DNA of 64,000 bases from Acidobacteriota bacterium (GTDB taxonomy: Bacteria > Acidobacteriota > Blastocatellia > Pyrinomonadales > Pyrinomonadaceae), in the NCBI GenBank assembly GCA_046733695.1, contig JBKPPU010000273.1, positions 2,085 to 66,084 on the forward strand, given 5' to 3'. The first letter of the stretch is position 1, and each line of letters begins with the position of its first letter. The notes under the pieces are model-generated. The model searched no databases. It had not been told where the DNA came from and was given only the letters and a program-made list of their open reading frames with translations. Below are positions 54,191-63,116 of this stretch, piece by piece. The translations under genes were made by a program, and so were the position numbers.

Positions 54191-54694
54191 TTGATGATCC
54201 AAAACGCCTACATCGGACTCGGTTCGAATCTCGGTGATCGCGCCGGGTATTTGCTGCTCGCGGTTCGCGGCATGCTCGACGCTGGTTTGGATGTTATTCG
54301 ACTCTCGAGCATTTACGAAACTGAAGCGGTCGATCACACAGATCAGCCACCGTTTCTGAACCTCGTCGCGGAATTGCGCGGTTCCACCTTGCCCGCTCCC
54401 GAACAGGTGATGGCGCGGCTGTTGCGAATCGAGTACGCGTTGGGCCGCACTCGAGATGTCCCCAAGGGACCACGCACGATCGATCTCGATTTACTTCTCT
54501 TCAAGGATCACTTGTCAGACACGGAATTTCTAACCCTTCCTCATCCGCGACTGCCTGCTCGCTGCTTCGTCCTTATTCCACTTACAGAGCTGGTCCCGAA
54601 TCTTATTCACCCCGTCCTCGGCAAATCGCTCAGCGAACTGTTGTCACAGACTAAAGACCGTTCAACAGTGGTCCGCTGGATGCCGCACAATTGA
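54191..54694 (+). CDS. folK: 2-amino-4-hydroxy-6-hydroxymethyldihydropteridine diphosphokinase
   Basis: AYIGLGSNLGDR, LLRIEYALGRTR and GPRTIDLDLL motifs. Confidence 0.9.
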   Translation: MMIQNAYIGLGSNLGDRAGYLLLAVRGMLDAGLDVIRLSSIYETEAVDHTDQPPFLNLVAELRGSTLPAPEQVMARLLRIEYALGRTRDVPKGPRTIDLDLLLFKDHLSDTEFLTLPHPRLPARCFVLIPLTELVPNLIHPVLGKSLSELLSQTKDRSTVVRWMPHN

Positions 54695-54712
54695 TCTGTG
54701 TAATCTGTGGAT
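54694..54712. repeat. Family A repeat, single arm
   Basis: atctgtgtaatctgtggat, identical to the right arm at 8351-8369. Confidence 0.7.
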
Positions 54713-54812
54713 ACTATAATGCCCCCACTTGTTAGCACGCCCGAAAATCCAGACTCCTCGTTTCACTGGCAATCCAATTGTCCACACATCGTGGTGTAAA
54801 GAGAGCTGAAAA

Positions 54813-55706
54813 ATGCCGTATCTGAAACCAGAAAGGCCGGAAAAGGTCAGTGCACCGTCTTTGCGATCAAGCAAACAACGCGGCGAACGCCTCGTTTGTC
54901 TGACAGCGTACGATTACCCGACTGCGCGCATCGTCGACGAAGCGGGCATCGATATCATCCTTGTCGGCGACAGCCTCGGCAATGTCGTGCTGGGATACGG
55001 CAACACTGTTCCCGTGACGCTCGAGGAAATTCTGATTCATTTGAAGGCGGTGCGACGCGCCGTACAACGCGCTTTGCTGGTCGCGGACATGCCGTATGGA
55101 ACTTTCCACACCGGCGACGACGACGCGGTGAGAAATGCGTTGCGTCTGGTGAAAGAAGGTGGCGCCGAGGCCATCAAGCTCGAGGGTGGTCACAAACGTG
55201 TGCATCTCGTGAAGCGCCTGGTGGACGAAGAGATCAGCGTGATGGGCCATATCGGTCTGACGCCGCAGTCGATCAACCAACTCGGTGCTTATCGCGTCCA
55301 GGGTAAGACTGCGAAAGCGGCGCAGCAGTTGATTGACGATGCGAAGGCAATGGAAGATGCCGGCGCGTTCGCCGTCGTGCTGGAAGTCGTGCCGCGCGAG
55401 ATAGCGCAAATGATCACCGAGAGTATCAGCATTCCGACGATCGGGATCGGCGCGGGTGTTCATTGCGACATTCAGGTATTGGTCATCCACGACATGCTTG
55501 GCCTGTCGTTTGGCAAACAGGCTCGCTTCGTTCGACCCTACGCAAATCTGCGCGAGGTCATGACGGATGCGGTGACTCGATATGCGGACGACGTGAGAAA
55601 TGGCACCTATCCGTCCGAAGCAGAGTCGTATGCTCTGCCCGCAGAAACTGCCGAACAACTGGATATAGAGTTCCCATCGAGAGACTTAAAGGCCGAGAAG
55701 TCCTAA
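54813..55706 (+). CDS. panB: 3-methyl-2-oxobutanoate hydroxymethyltransferase
   Basis: LVCLTAYDYPTARIVDEAGIDIILVGDSLGNVVLGY and GHIGLTPQS motifs. Confidence 0.92.
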   Translation: MPYLKPERPEKVSAPSLRSSKQRGERLVCLTAYDYPTARIVDEAGIDIILVGDSLGNVVLGYGNTVPVTLEEILIHLKAVRRAVQRALLVADMPYGTFHTGDDDAVRNALRLVKEGGAEAIKLEGGHKRVHLVKRLVDEEISVMGHIGLTPQSINQLGAYRVQGKTAKAAQQLIDDAKAMEDAGAFAVVLEVVPREIAQMITESISIPTIGIGAGVHCDIQVLVIHDMLGLSFGKQARFVRPYANLREVMTDAVTRYADDVRNGTYPSEAESYALPAETAEQLDIEFPSRDLKAEKS

Positions 55707-55719
55707 TCCAACCTCAACT

Positions 55720-56601
55720 ATGGAGATCATCAATCGCCGTCAGCGCATGAGTTCAGTTGCGCGCAAGATCCGTCGTGAACAGGATCGAACTGTAGGTTTG
55801 GTTGCGACGATGGGCGCTCTGCACGAAGGCCATCTGAGTCTCGTGCGCGAAGCGAGGCGGATGTGCGATGTAGTGGTCGTCACGGTTTTCGTGAATCCGA
55901 CACAGTTTGGACCAGGCGAAGACTTCGAGCACTATCCACGCGACTTAACAAAAGACACCGCGTTGTTGACTGACTACAACGTCGATTACATCTTTGCGCC
56001 TACGGTCGAAGAGATTTATCCAAAAGGCTTTTCGACTTACGTGAATGTTGAAGGTCTTTCAGAGCAGCTCGAGGGTGCATCGCGTCCTGGTCATTTTCGT
56101 GGCGTGGCGACAGTGGTGACGATTTTGCTCAACACGATCAGACCTGACTTTGCTTTCTTCGGACAGAAGGACGCGCAACAGGCGCTCGTCATTCGTCGCC
56201 TCGTTAAGGATCTGGCTTTCGATACGGAGATAGTGATACTGCCGATCGTTCGCGAGGATTCAGGACTGGCAATCTCGTCGCGCAATCTTTATCTGACGCC
56301 TGACGAGCAGAAGTCGGCGACGGTCCTTCATAAAGCGTTGAAGCAGGCAAAGCAGGCTTTCAAAGAGGGAGAACGAAATGCGAGCCGGATCACCGATCTG
56401 ATCCGGCAAACTATCGAATCGGAACCACGTGCACGGCTCGATTATGTAACCATTGCTGATGCTGAGACACTTGAAAAACTCGACCGGGTCGACGATCGTC
56501 CGACGCTGATTGCCCTCGCCGCATACGTCGGCAAAACGCGACTGATCGACAACACGATTTTGAATAAGGTAAAGAAGAAAGACGTTGCCGCTCCACAGTA
56601 A
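55720..56601 (+). CDS. panC: Pantoate--beta-alanine ligase
   Basis: VATMGALHEGHLSLV, FVNPTQFGPGEDF and GHFRGVATVV motifs. Confidence 0.92.
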   Translation: MEIINRRQRMSSVARKIRREQDRTVGLVATMGALHEGHLSLVREARRMCDVVVVTVFVNPTQFGPGEDFEHYPRDLTKDTALLTDYNVDYIFAPTVEEIYPKGFSTYVNVEGLSEQLEGASRPGHFRGVATVVTILLNTIRPDFAFFGQKDAQQALVIRRLVKDLAFDTEIVILPIVREDSGLAISSRNLYLTPDEQKSATVLHKALKQAKQAFKEGERNASRITDLIRQTIESEPRARLDYVTIADAETLEKLDRVDDRPTLIALAAYVGKTRLIDNTILNKVKKKDVAAPQ

Positions 56602-57109
56602 GAAGCACATCCGTTTCATACTCAACGGCGAACAAACAGAGGTCGCCTTCGCACCGCACAAGACGCTGCTCGAAGTTTTGCGTGAGGACCTGAATCTCAC
56701 CGGTACAAAACACGGCTGCGAGCTCGGTGAGTGTGGCACGTGTGCGGTGCTGGTCGATGGTCGCTCGATTCTTTCGTGTCTGATGCTCGGTCTCGATGCT
56801 GAAGATCGAGAAGTGAAGACGATCGAGGGAATGGCTGACGGCGCCGAGTTACATCCGTTACAACAAACATTCGCGGATCTTGGCGCGGCGCAGTGTGGAT
56901 ACTGTTCGCCTGGTTTCTTGCTCGTGGCTGAGGAGTTGTTGAAGAAGTCGCCAAACCCGTCGCGTACTGAGATTCAGGAAGCGTTGTCCGGCAATCTGTG
57001 TCGCTGTACCGGGTATATTAAAATCTACGAGGCAGTTGAGCTCGCCGCTGCTCGCATGCGTGGCGAAGAGATGGAATTACCGAAAGAGAGTGTTTACGGC
57101 CTGGACTAA
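56585..57109 (+). CDS. (2Fe-2S)-binding small subunit of a xanthine-dehydrogenase-family molybdenum hydroxylase (HcrC/CoxS-like)
   Basis: GCELGECGTCAVLVDG and QCGYCSPGF...LCRCTGY motifs. TTG start overlapping panC. Confidence 0.85.
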   Translation: MPLHSKKHIRFILNGEQTEVAFAPHKTLLEVLREDLNLTGTKHGCELGECGTCAVLVDGRSILSCLMLGLDAEDREVKTIEGMADGAELHPLQQTFADLGAAQCGYCSPGFLLVAEELLKKSPNPSRTEIQEALSGNLCRCTGYIKIYEAVELAAARMRGEEMELPKESVYGLD

Positions 57110-57136
57110 AAATCCGTTCTTTTATCCGTTTAATCT

Positions 57137-59569
57137 GTGGCTAAGAAACTGAACATTGTCGGTAAGCCTTTCCGCAAAGTCGATGCGCGCGCGAAGTGCG
57201 TCGGCCAAACGAAGTTTGCGGACGACATCGTTCTGCCGCGGATGTTGTTCTGCAAGATGCTTCGCTCGCATCTGCCTCACGCCTTGATCAAAAGCATCGA
57301 TGTTTCAAAAGCTCTCGCGCTTCCGGGCGTTTTTGCTGTAGTAACCGGGAAAGACTTTCCCATTCCGTACGGCATCCTGCCCGTGAGTCAGGACGAGCAC
57401 GCTCTCTGCGTCGACAAGGTCCGTTTCATCGGCGATCCGGTCGCGGCTGTTGCGGCCATCGACGAAGACGTCGCGTTCGATGCGATGAATCTGATCGAAG
57501 TCGAATACGAGCCGCTCAATACGATCTCGACCATTGAAGAAGCGGTGCTCATTGAAGAGCCACGCATTCATGATTATGGCGACGTGGGCAACATTCATAA
57601 GAAGGTGTCGCTCGAGTTCGGCAATGTTGAAGAAGGATTTGCTGAAGCCGACCTCGTTCGTGAAGACATATTTTTTTACGAAGGCAACACGCACCTGCCG
57701 ATGGAGCAACACGCTGCCGTTGCTCACTTCGACTCGGATGGAAAGATAACGCTCTGGAGTTCCACGCAGACTCCGCACTACGTTCATCGTGCCCTGGCGA
57801 AAGTTCTGGGATTGCCTGCCAGTCACATTCGCGTTATTGCAACGCCGAATGGCGGTGGCTTTGGTGGCAAGAGCGATCCGTTCAATCACGAAGTCGTGGT
57901 TTGTAAGCTGTCGATGATGACCGGGCGTCCGGTTAAGGTTACGCTGACGCGCGAGGAAGTTTTCTATTGTCATCGTGGCCGGCATCCGGTGTTGATGAAA
58001 GTCAAAACCGGCGTGAAGAACGATGGCGCGATCACCGCGATGCATTTTCAAAACTATCTCGATGGCGGGGCCTACGGGAGTTATGGTGTCGCGAGCACGT
58101 TCTACACGGGCGCGTTGCAGACGGTCACTTACGATGTGCCGCGCTATAAGTTCCAGGGCGTGCGCACGTTTACGAATAAACCACCGTGTGGTCCAAAACG
58201 CGGTCACGGCACGCCGCAGCCGCGATACGCGCTGGAAGTCCAACTAGACAAAATTGCCGAACAACTACAACTCGATCCGGTCGAGATTCGCCGCAAACAT
58301 CTCGTCGCGCCCAACACAGTAACCGCAAACTACCTGCGCATCGGCAGCATGGGTTTGGGCGCCTGCATAGATAAAGTGGCAGATGGTTCTCGCTGGAGCG
58401 AACGCTTTTCGTGGGATCCCCAACAACGCAAGCTGCCGTATGGCAAAGGCATCGGCATCGCGTGCAGCTCGTATATCTGCGGCGCCGGACTGCCAATCTA
58501 CTGGAACAACATGCCGCAATCGGGTGTGCAGCTTCGTCTCGATCGACAGGGCGGCGTCTGCGTGATGTGCGGCTCGACCGACATTGGACAAGGATCGGAT
58601 TCGATCCTTGCTTACATTGTCGCGGAAGTTTTGGGAATCGATCCTTTTGACATTCGCGTTATTACGGCCGATACCGATCTAACTCCGGTCGATCTTGGTA
58701 GTTATTCGAGTCGGGTCACGTTGATGACCGGTAACGCCGCGATTCAGGCGGCTGAGCGCGCGCGTGAGCTGCTTGTGATGGCCGTTGCAGAGAAGCTCGG
58801 CGTGCCGATCGAGAATCTTTCACTCGCCGAGCGCCGCGTGTTTGATGTCGAGAATCCTGAGGTTGGTATTTCGTTTGCGGAAGCGATTGTGCTTGCTGAA
58901 TCAAAGTTTGGGACGATCGGGACTGTTGGGTCTTACACGCCGCCCCGTTCGCCGGGCAAGTTCAAAGGATCGGGAGTTGGACCGTCGCCGGCTTACAGCT
59001 ACTCAGCAGCAGTTGCTGAAGTTGATGTGAATCCTGACACGGGTATTGTCGTTGTCGAACGTGTTTGGATAGCGCACGACATTGGTCGCTCGATCAACCC
59101 GATGCTTGTGATGGGCCAGGTCGAGGGCAGTGTTTACATGGGTCTCGGCGAGATCCTGATGGAAGAGATGGTCTATCGCGACAATCGCAACGTCGTGCAC
59201 AAGTTTCCGTCGATGCTCGAATACAAGAGTCCGACCACGATGGAAATGTGCGACGTGAAGACGTATCTCATCGAAGATCCGGATCCAAATGGGCCATACG
59301 GCGCGAAAGAAGTCGGGCAAGGGCCGCTACTGCCCGTGCCGCCGGCAGTCGCGAATGCGGTTTACAACGCAGTGGGCGTACGCATTGACGAAGTACCAAT
59401 CACACCGGAGAAAGTCCTGCGCGCCCTGAAAGACAAAGCCCGCGGGCGCGACGGTCGCTACGGTCCCGACTCGGTCCCACCCGTCGCCTGGCCCGAACCG
59501 TTGAAAGTACTAACGCCCGCTGAAGGTGGAGACGGCAGCGAGATGCCGAGAGTTGCGGTGCATTCGTGA
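57137..59569 (+). CDS. Molybdopterin-binding large subunit of a xanthine-dehydrogenase-family enzyme (HcrA/CoxL-like)
   Basis: 810 aa with GKPFRKVDARAKCVGQTKFADD, GGGFGGK and AHDIGRSINP...GQVEGS motifs. Confidence 0.85.
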   Translation: MAKKLNIVGKPFRKVDARAKCVGQTKFADDIVLPRMLFCKMLRSHLPHALIKSIDVSKALALPGVFAVVTGKDFPIPYGILPVSQDEHALCVDKVRFIGDPVAAVAAIDEDVAFDAMNLIEVEYEPLNTISTIEEAVLIEEPRIHDYGDVGNIHKKVSLEFGNVEEGFAEADLVREDIFFYEGNTHLPMEQHAAVAHFDSDGKITLWSSTQTPHYVHRALAKVLGLPASHIRVIATPNGGGFGGKSDPFNHEVVVCKLSMMTGRPVKVTLTREEVFYCHRGRHPVLMKVKTGVKNDGAITAMHFQNYLDGGAYGSYGVASTFYTGALQTVTYDVPRYKFQGVRTFTNKPPCGPKRGHGTPQPRYALEVQLDKIAEQLQLDPVEIRRKHLVAPNTVTANYLRIGSMGLGACIDKVADGSRWSERFSWDPQQRKLPYGKGIGIACSSYICGAGLPIYWNNMPQSGVQLRLDRQGGVCVMCGSTDIGQGSDSILAYIVAEVLGIDPFDIRVITADTDLTPVDLGSYSSRVTLMTGNAAIQAAERARELLVMAVAEKLGVPIENLSLAERRVFDVENPEVGISFAEAIVLAESKFGTIGTVGSYTPPRSPGKFKGSGVGPSPAYSYSAAVAEVDVNPDTGIVVVERVWIAHDIGRSINPMLVMGQVEGSVYMGLGEILMEEMVYRDNRNVVHKFPSMLEYKSPTTMEMCDVKTYLIEDPDPNGPYGAKEVGQGPLLPVPPAVANAVYNAVGVRIDEVPITPEKVLRALKDKARGRDGRYGPDSVPPVAWPEPLKVLTPAEGGDGSEMPRVAVHS

Positions 59570-59586
59570 TGCTAGAGGTATGTTGG

Positions 59587-59654
59587 ACAGGATTTTCAGG
59601 ATTGATCAAGATTTATAGGATGCATCCTGAACAATCATGTAAATCCTGTCTAAA
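59587..59654. repeat. Family C repeat inside the hcr-like operon
   Basis: acaggattttcaggattgatcaagatttataggatgcatcctgaacaatcatgtaaatcctgtctaaat. Confidence 0.8.
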
Positions 59655-59671
59655 TAGCGCGTAGAAATCTT

Positions 59672-60649
59672 ATGATGCGGTTGCCGAAATTTGACTATCA
59701 CGTTCCGCAGAACATCGCGGAGGCGGTGAGGATTATGGGCGATGCCGGGCCTGCGGGTCAGTTCGTTGCGGGCGGAACGGATTTATATCCGAATATGAAG
59801 CGCCGCCAGCAGATGCCGAAGACGGTGATCTCGGTGATGCGGCTTGCTGAGCTCAATCAGATCACGGGGGATGGAGAGAGTGGGTTGCGTATTGGCGCTT
59901 CCGTGACACTCACCGATATCTGTGAAAACCCGATCATCAATCGCGACTATCCGGTAGTTGTAAAAGCCGCTCGCACCATCTCGACTCCGATTCTGCGCAA
60001 CATGGGAACCATCGGCGGCAACCTGCTGCTCGATACGCGCTGCAACTACTACGATCAGAATTACGAGTGGCGCAAGGGCATCAACTTCTGTCTCAAGAAA
60101 GACGGCGACGTTTGCTGGGTGGCGCCGGGAAGCTCGAAATGCTGGGCGGTTCAGTCGTCGGATCTGGTTCCGGTGATGGTGGCGATTGGCGCGAAATTGC
60201 GTTTCGCTTCAACACTGGGTGAGCGAGTGATAGACGCTGCTGGTTTGTACAATGACGACGGTATTGAGTATCTCCGCAAGCGTCCTGACGAACTCCTCGT
60301 CAACATTCAACTGCCGCCGACGAACGGCTGGCGTGCTTCATATCAAAAGCTACGCCGCCGCGGTGCTTTCGACTTCCCAGTCCTTGGCGTGGCCTCATGG
60401 ATCTCAACCGAAAGCGACGCCGTGACGGACGCTCGCATCGTGCTCGGCGGCATCGCACCTTCTCCAGTCGAGATCAAGGAAGCAGCAACCGCATTGATCG
60501 GTAAGCCGCTGTCAGACGAGCCAATCCAGGCCGCTGCCGAAGCCGCATACGTAAAAGCACGGCCACTCGACAACACTGATTTCGTCTACCAGTGGCGCAA
60601 GCAAATGGCGCGTCAGTACACGTTGCGCGCACTGCGCGACCTGTTGTGA
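59672..60649 (+). CDS. FAD-binding medium subunit with an inserted four-Cys loop (HcrB-like)
   Basis: FAD-binding PCMH-type opening (FVAGGTDLYPNMK, GTIGGNL), plus the insertion CNYYDQNYEWRKGINFCLKKDGDVCWVAPGSSKC. Confidence 0.8.
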   Translation: MMRLPKFDYHVPQNIAEAVRIMGDAGPAGQFVAGGTDLYPNMKRRQQMPKTVISVMRLAELNQITGDGESGLRIGASVTLTDICENPIINRDYPVVVKAARTISTPILRNMGTIGGNLLLDTRCNYYDQNYEWRKGINFCLKKDGDVCWVAPGSSKCWAVQSSDLVPVMVAIGAKLRFASTLGERVIDAAGLYNDDGIEYLRKRPDELLVNIQLPPTNGWRASYQKLRRRGAFDFPVLGVASWISTESDAVTDARIVLGGIAPSPVEIKEAATALIGKPLSDEPIQAAAEAAYVKARPLDNTDFVYQWRKQMARQYTLRALRDLL

Positions 60650-61260
60650 ACTTCTGTTCAGCAATCCTCCTGGCCGCTGGACGCTCCAGCCGCATGGGCG
60701 CGTTCAAGCCACTTCTTCCCTTCGGAAACAAAACCGTCATCGAGTGCTGTATCGACTCACTCCGCGAGGCCGGCGTGCAAACAATTGTCGTGGTGCTCGG
60801 CCATCGTGCAGACGACCTCCGCGCCAAACTGACCGGAGTGAGTTTCGCCGTCAATCCCGATCCCGACAGCGAGATGGGAGCCTCTATCGCGCTGGGCGTG
60901 CGCGAACTTCCTGACGACGCGCAGGCAACCTTAATTGCCCTCGCCGACTACCCCGGTGTTCCCGCGGCGGTCGTGTCAACCATCATCGAAGAATGGACTC
61001 GGGGCGCTCGCATCGTGATCCCGACGTGGCAGGGTCGTGGCGGCCACCCTGTGCTCATCGACCTCAGCCTCAAGCCTGAACTGTTGACCCTGCCTGCGAG
61101 CGGCGGCCTCAGAGCGCTGTTCGATTCCCACCGGCAGGCAGTCCGGCGTCTGCCCGTCAACTCGCCGTTCATTGCTCGCGACATGGATACGTGGGATGAT
61201 TACAGGACCCTACATTTGGAGGCCACGGGCAAACCGGCGCCCGAACCTCCGCGCAGCTAG
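60646..61260 (+). CDS. mocA: MobA-like NTP transferase (molybdenum cofactor cytidylyltransferase MocA-like)
   Basis: AILLAAGRSSRMGAFKPLLPF opening. GTG 60646 overlaps the stop of the upstream gene (GTGA). Confidence 0.75.
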   Translation: MNFCSAILLAAGRSSRMGAFKPLLPFGNKTVIECCIDSLREAGVQTIVVVLGHRADDLRAKLTGVSFAVNPDPDSEMGASIALGVRELPDDAQATLIALADYPGVPAAVVSTIIEEWTRGARIVIPTWQGRGGHPVLIDLSLKPELLTLPASGGLRALFDSHRQAVRRLPVNSPFIARDMDTWDDYRTLHLEATGKPAPEPPRS

Positions 61261-61335
61261 ACCAACGCAACTCTGGAAGCCCTCATCTAACGCACCAAGT
61301 CGGACGTAAACAGGAACGTTCGGCGAAGGAGAGAG

Positions 61336-61866
61336 ATGGTTCGAAATAGTCGAAAACGAGTTCTGGCCGGATTAATGATCTTGCTGACTGCCTGCTTGGC
61401 GTTAGCGCAGAACCCGACCAACCAAAAGGTGGACTTTTCACTGCGCTCTATCGATGGACAGACCGTTACCAGCGAAAGTCTTCGCGGCGAAATCGTGGTG
61501 CTGGCGTTTGGCGCCTCGTGGTTGCCATTGTCTAAAACACAGCTTCAGGGAGTCAGAAAACTGGCCGACGATTACAGCAATCGCGGCGTAGTGGTTTACT
61601 GGGTAAGCACCGAGTCAGACGATCCCAAGTCGAAGAATTTTGCCAGCGACGAGCAACTCCGCGGATTCTCGCAGAAGTACGGTCTGAAAGTGACTGTGCT
61701 GCGAGATCATGATGGAGTAGTTTCAAAAAAGTTCGGCGTGGACCAACTGCCGTCCATCGTGATTCTCGATAAAGAAGGGAATATGTCCGGTGGACCAATC
61801 GGTGGTCTCGATCCCAGCGGGAATCTCGCCGGGCAACTTGCTTCGAGGCTCGATAAGCTTCTTTAA
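61336..61866 (+). CDS. Secreted thioredoxin-fold (TlpA/ResA-like) protein lacking the CxxC motif
   Basis: Signal peptide. VVLAFGASWLPLSKTQ occupies the position of the canonical FWATWCxPC motif. Also has the DQLPSIVILDKEG beta-strand typical of the fold. Confidence 0.6.
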   Translation: MVRNSRKRVLAGLMILLTACLALAQNPTNQKVDFSLRSIDGQTVTSESLRGEIVVLAFGASWLPLSKTQLQGVRKLADDYSNRGVVVYWVSTESDDPKSKNFASDEQLRGFSQKYGLKVTVLRDHDGVVSKKFGVDQLPSIVILDKEGNMSGGPIGGLDPSGNLAGQLASRLDKLL

Positions 61867-61877
61867 ACCTGAGCCAT

Positions 61878-61908
61878 GGATTTACGCGGATGAACGCGGA
61901 TCTGATAA
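61878..61908. repeat. Family F repeat (ggatttacgcggatgaacgcggatctgataa)
   Basis: Tandem acgcgga units. The 12-mer ggatttacgcgg is also at 51114-51125. Confidence 0.6.
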
Positions 61909-61920
61909 CCTCTCCTCACA

Positions 61921-62325
61921 ATGGCTTTCACTTTTATCAACCCCGATTCTCTCGGCGCGCCGAGTGGTTACTCGAATGGCGTCGTTGCTGATGCACACGG
62001 CAAACTGCTCTTCATCGCCGGACAAATCGCGTGGGACGAAAAGCAGAAGATAGTCAGCGCCGACTTCGTCGAACAATTCGATCGGGCGTTGGCAAACGTC
62101 GTCACAGTTTTGAGTGCTGCTGGTGGAAAACCGGAGCACATCGTGCGACTCGTCATCTACGTTACTGACAAAATCGAATATCGCGAACGAACGAGAGAAG
62201 TTGGCGAGCGTTACCGGAAGCACCTCGGCAAGCATTTCCCTGCGATGGTGCTGGTCCAGGTAGCGGGTTTACTGGACGACGCTGCCACCGTTGAAATCGA
62301 AGGCATGGCGGTGCTTCCGGCATGA
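61921..62325 (+). CDS. RidA/YjgF family protein
   Basis: GYSNGVVADAHGKLLFIAGQIAWD and VEIEGMAV motifs. 134 aa. Confidence 0.85.
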   Translation: MAFTFINPDSLGAPSGYSNGVVADAHGKLLFIAGQIAWDEKQKIVSADFVEQFDRALANVVTVLSAAGGKPEHIVRLVIYVTDKIEYRERTREVGERYRKHLGKHFPAMVLVQVAGLLDDAATVEIEGMAVLPA

Positions 62326-63116
62326 AGCAGCCAACAACTTTTCTTTACGAACAGGATGAACAAGGCATCGCGACGATCACATTGAACCGCCCTGAGCGAC
62401 TCAATGCGTTGACTTTTGAGGTCTATCGCGAGTTGACGGATCTGTTTGCGGCGTTGCGCGATGAGCGCGAAGTACGAGTCGTGATAATCACAGGCGCCGG
62501 CCGAGCGTTCTGTTCAGGCGGCGACGTTCACGACATCATCGGCGAATTGTTTAGCAGGAACATGGAAGGGCTGCTCGAGTTTACGCGCATGACGTGTGAG
62601 CTCATTCAAAACATTCGCGCGCTGCCTAAACCTGTGATTGCGAGTTTGAATGGCACTACCGCCGGCGCCGGCGCCTGCATCGCTCTGGCTTGCGACATTC
62701 GTTTCGCAAGTGAAAGTGCAAAGATAGCTTTCCTGTTTGTGAAGGTGGGCCTTGCCGGCACCGACATGGCCGCGTCGTATCTGCTGCCGCGAGTAGTTGG
62801 ACTTTCAAAAGCCACGGAGATGCTCTTCACTGGAGATTTTGTCAGCGCGACGGAAGCGGAAAGAATCGGTTTATACAATCGCGTCGTGCCTGGTGGTGAA
62901 CTCGCCGCAGCCACGCGAGCGTTTGCGGAAAAGTTGGCTCGTGGACCAGCATTCGCACTCGGCAAGACAAAAGAGATGCTCAATCGCGAACTCGACATGA
63001 ATTTGCAAACTGCGCTCGAGAGCGAAGCGCAGGCACAAGCTATCTGCATGCAGCACCCCGATTACCGTGAGGCTTACGAGGCCTTTGTAGCGAAGCGCGA
63101 AGCAAAGTTTAAATGA
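62322..63116 (+). CDS. Enoyl-CoA hydratase/isomerase (crotonase) family protein
   Basis: ITLNRPERLNALT, VIITGAGRAFCSGGDV and LNGTTAGAGACIALACD motifs. Confidence 0.88.
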   Translation: MKQPTTFLYEQDEQGIATITLNRPERLNALTFEVYRELTDLFAALRDEREVRVVIITGAGRAFCSGGDVHDIIGELFSRNMEGLLEFTRMTCELIQNIRALPKPVIASLNGTTAGAGACIALACDIRFASESAKIAFLFVKVGLAGTDMAASYLLPRVVGLSKATEMLFTGDFVSATEAERIGLYNRVVPGGELAAATRAFAEKLARGPAFALGKTKEMLNRELDMNLQTALESEAQAQAICMQHPDYREAYEAFVAKREAKFK

